Part shown: positions 46,971 to 57,444 of the stretch, one piece after another
Numbering within the stretch: the stretch's first letter is position 1
How the letters are laid out: each line of letters begins with the position of its first letter
Origin: a bacterium
GTDB lineage: Bacteria > UBA8248
NCBI GenBank assembly: GCA_965204535.1
Contig: OZ241996.1
Coordinates: 1,120,001 to 1,184,000 of the forward strand
Direction: 5' to 3'
DNA length: 64,000 bases
Position numbers and translations under genes: made by a program
The notes under the pieces: model-generated
What the model saw: the letters and a program-made list of their open reading frames with translations, nothing else
Told to the model about the DNA's origin: nothing
Database searches by the model: none

Positions 46971-47978
46971 CTATGACGCGCTCTTTGGTGCCGCCGCCTG
47001 CTCAATTTCCGCTTCATCCAGGAATGCGTTGGCGACCATCCATTCGTCGGAGAATATCTTGCTGAGATAGAACATGCCCGAATCCGGCATGAGGGTGACG
47101 ATTCTTTCGGGTTTTTCGAGGGATTCCGCGTACCGCACGGCGCCTGCGACCGCGCCGCCGGCCGAGCCGCCCACCAGGATGCCTTCTTCCCTCGCCAGCC
47201 TCCTCGCCATCAGGAGGCACTCAGCGTCGGTGACGCGGACGACTTCGTCGATGTTATCGAAACTGAGCGTCGCGGGCTTGAAGCTCTCTCCGATTCCTTC
47301 GGTCTTGTAGGAGCCCGCCTCGGGGTCCGTTTCCCCGTAGAAAAGGCCGTAGAGAATCGAGCCGATGGGGTCCACGCCGACGATTTTGATGTCGGGGTTT
47401 TTTTCTTTCAGGAATCTGCCCGTGCCCGAGATGGTGCCGCCGGTGCCCAGACCCGTGACGAACGCGTCGAAATCGCCTCCCGTCTGACGCCATATCTCGG
47501 GCCCCGTCATGCGGTAGTGGGATTCGGGGTTATTCGGGTTGTTGTACTGGTTCGCCAGTATGCAGTTGGGTGTCTCCTCCACGATCCTGCGCGCAACGCT
47601 GTAGTGGCTCTCGGGGTCGTCGAGCGCGACCGTAGGCGTGACGATGACTTTCGCCCCGTATGCGCGGAGCCGGTCGACTTTCTCCTGGCTCATCTTGTCG
47701 GGCATCACGAAAACACAATTGTAGCCCTTGATTGCGGCCACGATGGCGAGTCCCGCGCCGGTGTTCCCGGAAGTGGCCTCGACAATCATTCCACCCGGCT
47801 TGAGTTCGCCCTTTTTTTCCGCGTCTTCGACGATCAACGGTGCGATGCGATCTTTCACCGAGAGACCGGGATTCATGTATTCGACCTTGACGAAAAGTTC
47901 GGATTCCAGTTCTGAGCTGACCGAATTGAGTCTTACGATCGGCGTGTCGCCGATGGCCTCCAGAATGTTGTTCTTCAC
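46971..47978 (-). CDS. Cystathionine beta-synthase (no CBS regulatory domain)
   Basis: NPGLSVKDR, TSGNTG, MPDKMSQEK, GTGGT, YLSKIFSDEW. Confidence 0.88.
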   Translation of the reverse strand: MKNNILEAIGDTPIVRLNSVSSELESELFVKVEYMNPGLSVKDRIAPLIVEDAEKKGELKPGGMIVEATSGNTGAGLAIVAAIKGYNCVFVMPDKMSQEKVDRLRAYGAKVIVTPTVALDDPESHYSVARRIVEETPNCILANQYNNPNNPESHYRMTGPEIWRQTGGDFDAFVTGLGTGGTISGTGRFLKEKNPDIKIVGVDPIGSILYGLFYGETDPEAGSYKTEGIGESFKPATLSFDNIDEVVRVTDAECLLMARRLAREEGILVGGSAGGAVAGAVRYAESLEKPERIVTLMPDSGMFYLSKIFSDEWMVANAFLDEAEIEQAAAPKSAS

Positions 47979-48056
47979 TTGCTTATGCCCTCGAAAACGG
48001 CTTGAAAATTTGAAAGCATCATACTGCGAGACGATTATGCGGCATCCGCGCGGCGT

Positions 48057-49295
48057 CTACAAATCATCGAGAATCTCGACGGCCTGAAACAATTTTCCCT
48101 CCATGAACTCGAGGCTCGCCCCACCGCCCGTGCTTACGTGGCTCACTCGCTCGCTCAGCCCGGCCATCTCAATGGCCGCCGCGCTGTCGCCGCCGCCGAT
48201 GACGGTCGTGGCGCCGTTTTTCGTCGCCTCCGCGAGGGCATGCGCGACGGTGAAAGTGCCCTTATCGAACGGCTTGACCTCGAAGACGCCCATCGGGCCG
48301 TTCCAGACGATGGTTTTCGCCCCTGAAATCATCTCCGAGAATCGCTGCGCGGTTTCCGGGCCGATGTCGAGGCCCATGAGCCCCTCTGGAATCACGCCTT
48401 GGAATACTTCGAAGGATGCTCCCTCTTCGATGGCGCGCGCGGCGACGACGTCCGTGGGCAAAACGAGTTTCTCGCCCCCTAGGGATTGGAGTTGCCCGGC
48501 AACCTCGATCCTGTCTTCCTCCACGAGGCTCGCGCCCGTCTCCTGCCCGTTCGCCCGCATGAACGTATAGACCATGGCCCCGCCGATGAGCACCCGGTCG
48601 CATTTGCCCAATAAAGTTTCGATGACCATCATCTTGTCGGAGACTTTCTTTCCTCCGATGATGGCGAGGAAGGGTTTTTCCGGCGCATTCAGCGCCTCCC
48701 CCAGGTACTGAAGCTCCTTTTCCAGCAGGAATCCCGCAACGCGGGGCTTTCCGGCCATCATCTGCGGCACGGTGAGCATACTCGCATTATCGCGGTGGCA
48801 GGTGCCGAAGGCGTCGTTTACATAAACGTCGGCCAATGAAGCCAGCCCCTGTGCGAAGGCGTCTTTTTCCCGTCTTAGGGCCGTATCTTCAGAGGCCCCC
48901 TTATCCTTGATCTGCTCGGCCTTGTGGAAGCGGAGGTTTTCGAGAAGGCAGCATTCCCCGTCTTTTAGCGCTTCGACGGCGCTCTCGGCAGCGTGTCCCA
49001 CGCAGTCTTTCGCGAAGACGACGCTCTTGCCGAGTAATTCCCCGAGACGCTCGGCGATGGGCGCAAGGGTCCACCTGGCGTTGGCCTTGGGGCCTTCTCC
49101 CGTCGGGCGCCCAAGATGGCTCATGAGGACGAGGCGGCCACCGCCAGCCAATATGTGGTTTATCGTGGGGAGCGCCATGCGGATCCTGCGATCATCGGCG
49201 ATGCGGCCGTTCACGTCCTGGGGGACGTTGAAGTCCACACGCATCAGCACGCGCTTACCACGCACGTCGATGTCCGAGATGCTTTTCTTCGTCAT
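48057..49295 (-). CDS. pgk: Phosphoglycerate kinase
   Basis: RVDFNVP, SHLGRP, LLENLRF, NDAFG, WNGPMG, GGGD, STGGGA. Confidence 0.97.
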   Translation of the reverse strand: MTKKSISDIDVRGKRVLMRVDFNVPQDVNGRIADDRRIRMALPTINHILAGGGRLVLMSHLGRPTGEGPKANARWTLAPIAERLGELLGKSVVFAKDCVGHAAESAVEALKDGECCLLENLRFHKAEQIKDKGASEDTALRREKDAFAQGLASLADVYVNDAFGTCHRDNASMLTVPQMMAGKPRVAGFLLEKELQYLGEALNAPEKPFLAIIGGKKVSDKMMVIETLLGKCDRVLIGGAMVYTFMRANGQETGASLVEEDRIEVAGQLQSLGGEKLVLPTDVVAARAIEEGASFEVFQGVIPEGLMGLDIGPETAQRFSEMISGAKTIVWNGPMGVFEVKPFDKGTFTVAHALAEATKNGATTVIGGGDSAAAIEMAGLSERVSHVSTGGGASLEFMEGKLFQAVEILDDL

Positions 49296-49475
49296 GGCTT
49301 GCCGCCTTTGTGAAAGTGAACGCCGCCTGGAATGCCGCCGAAGGACAAGTCGTGTATAAGAAAAATCGTCATGAAAATCCAGCGCCCGGCCGAAGGTCTT
49401 CGAGGTTTGCGTTTCAGTTTCGCTCGGCGCTAACGCAGATACGAGTATGAACGGGTTGCAAGGAAAGGGGAAGAG

Positions 49476-50270
49476 ATGATCACCATAGATTTAAGCGGAA
49501 AAATCGCCCTGGTGACGGGTTCGAGCCAGGGCATCGGGCAGGCGTGCGCCATGGTTTTGGCGCGCGCGGGGGCATCGGTCGCCCTCGCGGCCCGGAACGA
49601 GGAGAATTTGAAGCAGACCGCTTCCGACATTACCTCTGCCGGAGGACGCGCGGAGGTGATGGCGGGCGACCTCACCGCTGCCGGCCAGACGGAGCAGGTG
49701 GTGGAAGAGACTTGCGCCCGGTTCGGGGGAATCGATTTTCTCATCAGCGCCGCAGGCGTCAGCAGGCGGACAGACCCCATCGTAACGACGGATGAGGACA
49801 TCGACCTCGCCATCGACCTCAAACTCCGCGCCGCCATCCGCTTGACGAAAGCCGCGATTCCGCAGATGAGGAAGCGGGGCGGGGGCGTGATCGTCTATTT
49901 CTCGGGGCTGAGTCACGTCCATACCTCCGTGTACCACGGCTCGGGCTGCATCCCGAACGCGGGTCTCGCCGCCTACAAGCATCAACTCGCCCGGAGGCTC
50001 GCACCCGAGAACATCCGGGTGAACCTCATCAATCCGGGCACGACGGACACCCCGAGGTACGTCCGGCAGACGACGAAAATCGCGGAACTCACGAATCGAA
50101 CTTATGAGGAAGTGGATGCCGAAAGGCGCGCCGAACTGCCCATGGGCCGTCTCACGCGGGCCGAGGATTGCGCAGGCGCGACCTTGTTTCTGGTTTCCGA
50201 CCTGGCCTCGAACATCACGGGCGAGTCCATCAACGTGGACGGCGGTCGGTGCGACGTTGTGCGGCCCTAG
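49476..50270 (+). CDS. Atypical SDR oxidoreductase
   Basis: TGSSQGIG, INPG, VDGG; lacks YxxxK. Confidence 0.85.
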   Translation: MITIDLSGKIALVTGSSQGIGQACAMVLARAGASVALAARNEENLKQTASDITSAGGRAEVMAGDLTAAGQTEQVVEETCARFGGIDFLISAAGVSRRTDPIVTTDEDIDLAIDLKLRAAIRLTKAAIPQMRKRGGGVIVYFSGLSHVHTSVYHGSGCIPNAGLAAYKHQLARRLAPENIRVNLINPGTTDTPRYVRQTTKIAELTNRTYEEVDAERRAELPMGRLTRAEDCAGATLFLVSDLASNITGESINVDGGRCDVVRP

Positions 50271-51031
50271 AGGGCGTTGCTGCCGCCGTCGAGATATATT
50301 GTCTGCCCGGTCATGTAGTCGCTCTGGGGGCCGCAAAGGTAGACGACGAGGGGCCGTATTTCTTCGATTTCGCCGTAGCGCTTCATGGGAACGTAGCGCA
50401 GGAATTCCTCGCTTTGCGCGGGATCGGCGATTCGATCGACCGTCATCGGGGTGGGGAAGCGGCCCGGCGCGATGTTGTTCACCTGAATGTTCTTCTCCGC
50501 AAGCTCGACGGCGAGCGCCTCGGTGAATCCCCGGACGCCAGATTTCGACGCCGCATAGGCCACCTGATTTGGGCGACCCCGACTGCCTGCGCCCGAGCCG
50601 AGGTTGACGATTTTTCCTTCTCCCACCTCGAGCATGAAGCGCACCGCCGCGCGGCAGCAATAGAACATGCCGCTCAGGTTCAAATCGATGGTCTCGTGCC
50701 AGATTTCGTTCGTCATCTCGAGAATCGGGCTGGGGAGCGACACCCCCGCATTGTTGATGAGAATGTGCGGGCCTCCGAGTTCTTTGTTGACCTGCTCGAA
50801 CAGGGCGTTCACCCGCGCCGGATCCGTGACGTCGCAGACGGCGGGTCTGGCTCTGATGCCGAATTTCTCGCATTCTTTCGCAGTATCAGCCATCGGCTCA
50901 GGCCGTCTGCCGATGAGGACGAGGTCCGCACCAGCCTCCGCCAGTGCGATGGCCATCGTTGCGCCGAGCCCCTGGCCGCCGCCCGTGATGCAGGCTACCT
51001 TGCCACTTAAATCTACGCCGGGTGAGGTCAT
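50267..51031 (-). CDS. Classical SDR oxidoreductase
   Basis: TGGGQGLG, NNAG, YAASK. Confidence 0.9.
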   Translation of the reverse strand: MTSPGVDLSGKVACITGGGQGLGATMAIALAEAGADLVLIGRRPEPMADTAKECEKFGIRARPAVCDVTDPARVNALFEQVNKELGGPHILINNAGVSLPSPILEMTNEIWHETIDLNLSGMFYCCRAAVRFMLEVGEGKIVNLGSGAGSRGRPNQVAYAASKSGVRGFTEALAVELAEKNIQVNNIAPGRFPTPMTVDRIADPAQSEEFLRYVPMKRYGEIEEIRPLVVYLCGPQSDYMTGQTIYLDGGSNAL

Positions 51032-51218
51032 ATCTGCTCCGCTTTTCAGTCCGCCCGGCGAAAGGCCCCGCGCCGCGATTGCGCGCGCAAAGTCACTGCG
51101 GGGCTTTACCGCCGTGCGGTAGTGGGGTACATAAACCTTGGTTCCGCAATCATTTCGACGGACATTCTCTTCCACATTTTGGCGAAGAGTCAAAGTGAAC
51201 ATCTTAAGTGAGGATGCG

Positions 51219-52460
51219 ATGAGTCTCGCGCAGGCGCCTGCGGCAATCAGCAGCGAAAACATAGAGTTGGTCGGTTATCACGACTTGGAAGACAGGCCCG
51301 CCTTCAAAACGGCGATTCAGGAAGTGGACGGTCGGTTTTACCTCTACCTCTCGCAATTCTGGGTGAGCGGCTGGAGCATTCTCGACGTAACTGATCCCGA
51401 AAACCCCGAACTCCTCAAGTTTATTGAGGGTCCCGACAACACTTGGACGCTCCAGGTCCAGGTGGCGGATGGTTTGCTCATCACCTCCCTGGAGAGAATC
51501 CCTCCCGGCTGGGGGCCGCGGCCCGAGGATCCGCCCGAAGTCGAGGGCGTCTACATCTGGGACGTGAAAAAAGATCCGGCCAATCCGCAACTCATTTCGC
51601 ATTGGCAAACGGGAGCGGACGGCACGCACCGGAATTTTTATAACGGCGGTCGCTACGCCCACCTCTCCGCCTACGCGCCCGGCTATGACGGGAATATCTA
51701 CCGCATTCTGGATCTGGCCGATCCCCGGAACCCGAAAGAAGCGGGCCGCTTCTGGCTCCCCGAGCAGGAGAGTGCTGAGACCGATATGTCGGACGACTGG
51801 AGCGAGGGGATGCGCGTGTTCCAGCACGGGCCGGCCCATGCGGAAAACGGACGGGCGTATCTGCCTTATGCCCGCGGCGGGTTCGTCATCGCGAATATCG
51901 AGGATGTATCCAGCCCCAAACTCATCAGCCGTTTCAACGTCTACCCGCCGCTGGGCAGCGCGATCGCCGTGCACACGGCGTATCCCTATCTCAACCGGGG
52001 ATTCGCCATCATCAACAGCGAAGCCCTCAAGGAGAATTGCGACGAGCCGCTCAACTATACGGCGATCATCGACATCGAAGACGAGGCGAACCCGAGGCTC
52101 ATGTCGCTCTTCCCGGTGCCCGAGCCGCCGCCCGGTTATTCACACAAGAGTTTTTGTGAGCGCGGCGGACGCTTCGGCCCGCACAACCAGCACCACCCCC
52201 AGGGGATCGATTGTTTAGAGCAAAGAGAAGACCGCATTTATCTGACGTATTTCAACGCAGGCCTCAGGGTTTATGACATCTCCGAGCCCATCCACCCGCG
52301 CGAGATCGCGCACTACATCCCCGCCGACCCGACGAAACGTCTTGGCATGCTGCCCAGAACGCTCGTCACCCAGAGCGAGGATGTAATTGTCGACAGGCGC
52401 GGAATCATTTATGTGACGGACAAGAACCATGGACTTCATATATTGCGCTGCACCGTTTAG
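51219..52460 (+). CDS. LVIVD-repeat beta-propeller protein
   Basis: Repeats SILDVTDP, ILDLADP, IIDIED, VYDISEP; GRFGPHN. Confidence 0.8.
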   Translation: MSLAQAPAAISSENIELVGYHDLEDRPAFKTAIQEVDGRFYLYLSQFWVSGWSILDVTDPENPELLKFIEGPDNTWTLQVQVADGLLITSLERIPPGWGPRPEDPPEVEGVYIWDVKKDPANPQLISHWQTGADGTHRNFYNGGRYAHLSAYAPGYDGNIYRILDLADPRNPKEAGRFWLPEQESAETDMSDDWSEGMRVFQHGPAHAENGRAYLPYARGGFVIANIEDVSSPKLISRFNVYPPLGSAIAVHTAYPYLNRGFAIINSEALKENCDEPLNYTAIIDIEDEANPRLMSLFPVPEPPPGYSHKSFCERGGRFGPHNQHHPQGIDCLEQREDRIYLTYFNAGLRVYDISEPIHPREIAHYIPADPTKRLGMLPRTLVTQSEDVIVDRRGIIYVTDKNHGLHILRCTV

Positions 52461-52480
52461 GCGAAAAGGAGAAAAATTCT

Positions 52481-53170
52481 ATGCCTACCATCGTTGACCT
52501 TTCACGAGAGATCTACCACCGCACACCCGCGTATCCGGGCCAGCCGCCCATCCTGTATGCCGAGTGGAAAAACCACGAAGAGGCCTTCAAGGACTCGGGA
52601 AACGTCTGGGGGAACGCCCTGAACTTCGTCACCATGCCCGAGCACGGCACCACGCATCTCGACGCGCCGCGCCATTTCCACCAGGACGCGCAGCCGATGA
52701 ACGAATACCCGCTCGAGAACTGCATCGTTCGCGGCATCTGCATCGATCTGCAGCATATTGAACCCAGGGCGGAAATCAGTTCGGCGGATATCGACGCAGC
52801 GGTGAAAAAAACGGGTCTCTCGGTTCCCCAGGGCGGTACCATCCTCCTGTGCACAGGCCATCATGCCCGCACTTTCCCGACGAAGGCGTATGGGTTGGAT
52901 AATCCTGGCGTCAACGTGGAGGCCACCGAATGGCTGGCGGATCAGGGGATCGTCCATTTCGGGATTGATTCCATGCGTCCCGGCCCCGAGGGCGACGTCA
53001 ATGCTTTGGTCCACAAAACCTGCTGGGAGAGGGGGATTACCCACCTCGAAAGCCTATGCAACCTCGAAGCGCTGCTGGGCAAGGGCGAGTTCCAGTTCAT
53101 CTCCCTTCCGCTCAAGTTCCGCGAGGGAACGGGAAGCCCCGTTCGCGCGGTGGCGGTTCTCGACGATTAG
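52481..53170 (+). CDS. Cyclase/kynurenine formamidase-family metal hydrolase
   Basis: HGTTHLDAPRH, GIDS, LESL, GSPVRAVA. Confidence 0.9.
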   Translation: MPTIVDLSREIYHRTPAYPGQPPILYAEWKNHEEAFKDSGNVWGNALNFVTMPEHGTTHLDAPRHFHQDAQPMNEYPLENCIVRGICIDLQHIEPRAEISSADIDAAVKKTGLSVPQGGTILLCTGHHARTFPTKAYGLDNPGVNVEATEWLADQGIVHFGIDSMRPGPEGDVNALVHKTCWERGITHLESLCNLEALLGKGEFQFISLPLKFREGTGSPVRAVAVLDD

Positions 53171-53179
53171 TTCTTGATT

Positions 53180-53218
53180 CGGGGTCCTCGCCGTATGGGG
53201 GCGAGGACCCCGTCTTTT
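53180..53218 (+). terminator. Intrinsic terminator
   Basis: cggggtcctcgcc..ggcgaggaccccg plus tctttt. Confidence 0.8.
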
Positions 53219-53305
53219 CGATGAATGGCCAAAATATGATAGGCTAGGCGTCTATCTTCGACATCCGCCCCGGGGAGGGGAGTTTTCAAGCCCTCCACAG
53301 AGCCT

Positions 53306-54040
53306 ATGCCAGAGTCTCCCAAGCCCCGATCGGAGTATGCGCTCGAACTGGGACGACGTATCGCGCGCGCGCGTGAGCGCAGGGGGCTGAACCGCAACCA
53401 GTTGGCGCGCGCCGCGGGCGTCACGTGGGCGAATCTCACACGATATGAACAGGGCCAGAACGAACCGAGCGCAAGCAAACTGTTTGAAATCGCAAAAGTG
53501 CTCGATGTGTCCGGCGATTGGTTGCTGGGCCGAACCGGCGCGCCGGAAATTCCAGGCGTCGGGCCTTTGGATGTCTCCTTGAGTATGAGTGATAACTTGC
53601 GGACGCCGGGCAAGGTGAGCGATGCGGAGTTTCGCGCCGTGCCTTTGGTGTCGGGTTCCATCGCTGCGGGAAGCGCCAGAATCGTGGATGAGCAAATCGA
53701 GGAATACGCTCTTATCCACGTTTCTCAAATTGCAGGGCGTGGGGATTTGGTATCCGTCCGAGTAGACCGCCAAATGGGCCGCAGTATGATTCCCACGATA
53801 CAGCCGGGTGCGGTGGTCGTCATCGATCGCCGTGACAAGGCGATCGCTCCCAATGGCATTTACGCCGTTCGGGATGAATCCGGCGGGTGTACGCTCAAGC
53901 GGTTGCAGTGGACCCCACCACGTCTATGGCTGGTGCCCGAGAATCGTGAAGACGTCGTCACGCATATTGATTTGGACGGGGAAGAGCCCGCCGATAGAAT
54001 CGTGGGCCGCGTCGTCTGGGCCTACCAGCCGCTCGCCTGA
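53306..54040 (+). CDS. XRE HTH plus S24 peptidase (CI/LexA-like) repressor
   Basis: HTH_3 N-terminus; IAAG cleavage site; GRSMIP (Ser) and TLKRL (Lys) dyad. Confidence 0.88.
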   Translation: MPESPKPRSEYALELGRRIARARERRGLNRNQLARAAGVTWANLTRYEQGQNEPSASKLFEIAKVLDVSGDWLLGRTGAPEIPGVGPLDVSLSMSDNLRTPGKVSDAEFRAVPLVSGSIAAGSARIVDEQIEEYALIHVSQIAGRGDLVSVRVDRQMGRSMIPTIQPGAVVVIDRRDKAIAPNGIYAVRDESGGCTLKRLQWTPPRLWLVPENREDVVTHIDLDGEEPADRIVGRVVWAYQPLA

Positions 54041-54065
54041 GAGGGCTTTTTCAAAAACCCCTAAA

Positions 54066-55058
54066 CTAGGAGTCCATCAACTCCCTGCATTTTTCCGTGA
54101 GAGCGGGGATGACTTTTTTGTAGTCGCCCACGATGCCGTAGCGCGCGCGCTGGAAGATGGGCGCTTCGGCGTCCGTGTTGATGGCCACGATGTTCTTGCT
54201 CGGCCCTGCCCCGACCATGTGCTGCATGGCGCCTGATATGCCGACGGCGATATAGAGATTGGGGCTCACGATCTTGCCCGTCTGGCCCACCTGCATGGGC
54301 GTCGGCACCCAGCCGGCGTCGACGGCGGCGCGGCTCGCGCCCACGGCCGCTTTGAGAACCTGGGCGAGATCCTGGAGGTATTCGAAATTCTCTGGCCCGC
54401 CCAAACCGCGTCCGCCGCTCACGACGATTTCCGCATCTTCCAGGCGGACGCCCTCTGCTTCCACCTTTTTCGCCTCCACGAAATTCATTCGAATCTCATC
54501 TGCATCCACGGAAACGCCGATTTCCATGAACTCGCCCTCGCGGCCCTCTTCGATGTCGGCCAGCGGCAGGGCTTTCGCGCGCGTGGACGCGATAGAGAGG
54601 GAATCCGTTTTCGAACGTACGTGGCTGATGGCGCTGCCCCCGTGCACCGGACGGATGGCGGCGAGCTTCCCCTCCTCAATCGAGAGGTCCGTGCAGTCGT
54701 GCGCGTAGCTGGCCCCGTGCCGGAAGGCGAGCCGGGGTGCCACATCCCGCCCCATGGAGGTATTGGCGACCAGCAAGATATTCGGGCTCTCTTCTCCGAT
54801 GACGGCGTCGATTACTTTGAGATACGCCGCATTGGTGTAGCCTTCGAGAATATCCGATTCGGCCGCCAGCACCTTGTCGGCCCCAAGGGCGATGATTCCT
54901 TTCGCCAGTTCATACGTGCCCGCTCCGCCGAGAAGGAGGGCGACCAGGGAGCCTCCTTTTTCATCGGCGAGTTTTCGGCCGATACCGCAAAGCTCACTGC
55001 TTACGAGCGCCAACTTGTCCCCTGCGCGCTCGGCTAAAACGAGAACGTTGTTCGACAT
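54066..55058 (-). CDS. etfA: Electron transfer flavoprotein alpha subunit
   Basis: [29 protein letters not shown]. Confidence 0.96.
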   Translation of the reverse strand: MSNNVLVLAERAGDKLALVSSELCGIGRKLADEKGGSLVALLLGGAGTYELAKGIIALGADKVLAAESDILEGYTNAAYLKVIDAVIGEESPNILLVANTSMGRDVAPRLAFRHGASYAHDCTDLSIEEGKLAAIRPVHGGSAISHVRSKTDSLSIASTRAKALPLADIEEGREGEFMEIGVSVDADEIRMNFVEAKKVEAEGVRLEDAEIVVSGGRGLGGPENFEYLQDLAQVLKAAVGASRAAVDAGWVPTPMQVGQTGKIVSPNLYIAVGISGAMQHMVGAGPSKNIVAINTDAEAPIFQRARYGIVGDYKKVIPALTEKCRELMDS

Positions 55059-55076
55059 GATGTTGTTCTTTCTCCC

Positions 55077-55877
55077 CTAAATGATTTTATCTTCACGAAG
55101 GCGTAGGGCCAGAGCGCCGGCTGCTTCTTCGAGTGATTCGCCTTCGATGAATTCGCAGTTCCCGTCAAAAACGGGCTTGTAGAATTTGGTGACTTCAAAA
55201 GTGGCCGCCCCTTTTCCGACAGAGGCGGGGTCGATTCCGATGTCCGTCGCGCCCCAGACGGGGATCTGCTTGCGCGACGCCATGAGAATGCCTTTGACCG
55301 AGGGCAGGCGGGGCGTGTTGATCTCGTTGCTGGCGGTGAGCAGGCACGGAGTCGATACTTCCACGACCTCCACGCCGTCCTCCAGGGCGCGTTCGCACCG
55401 GATCCCTGAGTCCGTTTTCTCCACTTTCTGGAGCTGGCTCACGCTGGGAAGTTCGAGCGCTTCAGCGAGGGCGAGGGCAGTGGTTCCATAGCTCCAGTCG
55501 CTGCTCAACCTGCCGCAAAAGATGACGTCAAAACCGTCGATCTTTTGAATCGCGCCCGCCAGAATCCGCGCGATGGCGAAGGCGTCGGAACCCTCGAAAG
55601 CATCGTCTTGGAGCAAAATGGCTTCATCGCATCCCATGGCCAGGCATTTTTTCAGACCGTCTCTGGCTTTTTCGTCGCCCATCGTCATGACGGTGACTTT
55701 TCCGCCATGCTCTTCCTTGAGGTTGATGGCCGCTTCGACGGCGTTTTCACAAAAGCCGTTGATGACGGGCGATACGTTTGCGGGCGGGATGACGTCCATC
55801 TTCTCCTCATCGACCTTGAAATCGCGGGGAGGAATGTCGGGGTCTTGAACTTGCTTGATGCAGGCGATGATATCCAA
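55077..55877 (-). CDS. etfB: Electron transfer flavoprotein beta subunit
   Basis: CIKQVQD, LAMGCD, NTPRLPS. Confidence 0.94.
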   Translation of the reverse strand: MDIIACIKQVQDPDIPPRDFKVDEEKMDVIPPANVSPVINGFCENAVEAAINLKEEHGGKVTVMTMGDEKARDGLKKCLAMGCDEAILLQDDAFEGSDAFAIARILAGAIQKIDGFDVIFCGRLSSDWSYGTTALALAEALELPSVSQLQKVEKTDSGIRCERALEDGVEVVEVSTPCLLTASNEINTPRLPSVKGILMASRKQIPVWGATDIGIDPASVGKGAATFEVTKFYKPVFDGNCEFIEGESLEEAAGALALRLREDKII

Positions 55878-56185
55878 AGGGTTGATTCTCCTTGTTGATG
55901 CCGGTTCGAATCCGTCATGGTTGTTTGAGGTGCTCGGATGTGTTGTGAATCAACAAAACGAGACGCCTAAAAATAATGAGATGGAGTCGATGCGTCAACC
56001 GAGAAAGGCGTTTTTCCCGATTTTGCCCGCCTCCCCGGCACGCGCTCCCAAAGCGGTTCGTCCTTTCATGTTTGACAGGCAAAAAAATCCGCGCGATAAG
56101 ATGAAAACGCTCCGGTATGAGGGCGAAACATTCCGACAGACGATTTTTCAGCGCGTTTCGGGTTTTGGATTAGAGGATCCCTTCC

Positions 56186-57277
56186 ATGTCAGAAGCAAGC
56201 GAAGCCCAGGTTCTAGAGGCTCTGAAGAAAGTGCGAGACCCAGAGGTCGGAAAAGACTTGGTGAGTCTCAACATGATCAAGGATGTCCAGATTTGTGGAG
56301 ATGCGGTCGCCTTTACACTGCAGTTGACCACACCTGCGCATCCGCGCAAGGAAGAGTTCGAGCAGGAGTGCAAGCTGGCGGTCGGCTCTTTGGAGAACGT
56401 GAATTCGGTGAACGTCCGGGTGACGAGCCACGTCACCGCGCGGCCATCGATGGCTGGCAAAATGGACGTCGTTGGTGTGAAGAACATCATCGCCATAGCG
56501 AGCGGGAAGGGCGGCGTGGGTAAATCGACCGTGGCGGTGAACGTTGCGCTCGCCCTGAGCCGGGAAGGCGCGAAGGTGGGGGTGCTCGACGCGGACATTT
56601 ACGGGCCGAGCCAGCCCCTGATGCTCGGAATCCCCGCAGCGCGGCCCATCGCCGAGGAGGGGAACAAGATACGGCCTCTGGAAGCTCATGGGCTAAGGGT
56701 CATGTCGATGGGGTTTCTGGTCGATGAGGACAGCCCCGTCATCTGGCGCGGTCCCATGGTCATGCGGGCACTCGTGCAGTTTTTGAGCGAGACGATATGG
56801 GGAGAACTCGACTATCTCGTCCTGGACCTGCCCCCCGGCACCGGCGACGCGCAACTGACCATCGTCCAGCAGGTTTCTCTGGCGGGCGCCGTCATCGTCA
56901 GCACGCCGCAGGACATCGCTCTTCTCGATGCGCGCAAGGGTCTGCAGATGTTCCGGAAAACCGACGTGCCCATTCTCGGGATCATCGAAAACATGAGCTA
57001 CTACGTGTGCCCCGAATGCGGGTATCGCGAGAACATCTTCGACACCGGCGGCGGGGAGAAGGCCTCCCAGCGCTACGAAGTCCCGTTCCTGGGCGCCATT
57101 CCACTCGACATCAAGGTGAGGCTGGGGGGAGACTTCGGCGTGCCCGTCGTAGCGGGAGAGCCGGATCATCCGACGGCCAAGGCATTCCGCGAGGCGGCCA
57201 GAAAAGTGGCCGAGCAGGTGGCCATCGCCAACGCCTCGGGACCCATATCGGTGCCGGAACTCAAGATCATCGGATAG
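56186..57277 (+). CDS. mrp: Mrp/ApbC/NBP35 Fe-S carrier ATPase
   Basis: ASGKGGVGKST, DADIYGPS, WRGPM, DLPPGTGD, ENMS..CPEC. Confidence 0.95.
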   Translation: MSEASEAQVLEALKKVRDPEVGKDLVSLNMIKDVQICGDAVAFTLQLTTPAHPRKEEFEQECKLAVGSLENVNSVNVRVTSHVTARPSMAGKMDVVGVKNIIAIASGKGGVGKSTVAVNVALALSREGAKVGVLDADIYGPSQPLMLGIPAARPIAEEGNKIRPLEAHGLRVMSMGFLVDEDSPVIWRGPMVMRALVQFLSETIWGELDYLVLDLPPGTGDAQLTIVQQVSLAGAVIVSTPQDIALLDARKGLQMFRKTDVPILGIIENMSYYVCPECGYRENIFDTGGGEKASQRYEVPFLGAIPLDIKVRLGGDFGVPVVAGEPDHPTAKAFREAARKVAEQVAIANASGPISVPELKIIG

Positions 57278-57444
57278 AAGAGTCCGCGAAAGTGTGCGTC
57301 TTCATGCTGAAAGGTTAGGTTCGCAAATCTGACTTGGATCAACAGATTATCTTTAAGTCCACCGGTCGTTTCGTTCGTTTGTGTAGCTTTTCTCCGGCGA
57401 GCCGAGCACGCGATTTTTCATAAGCTCATAAGAGGATTAACGTC

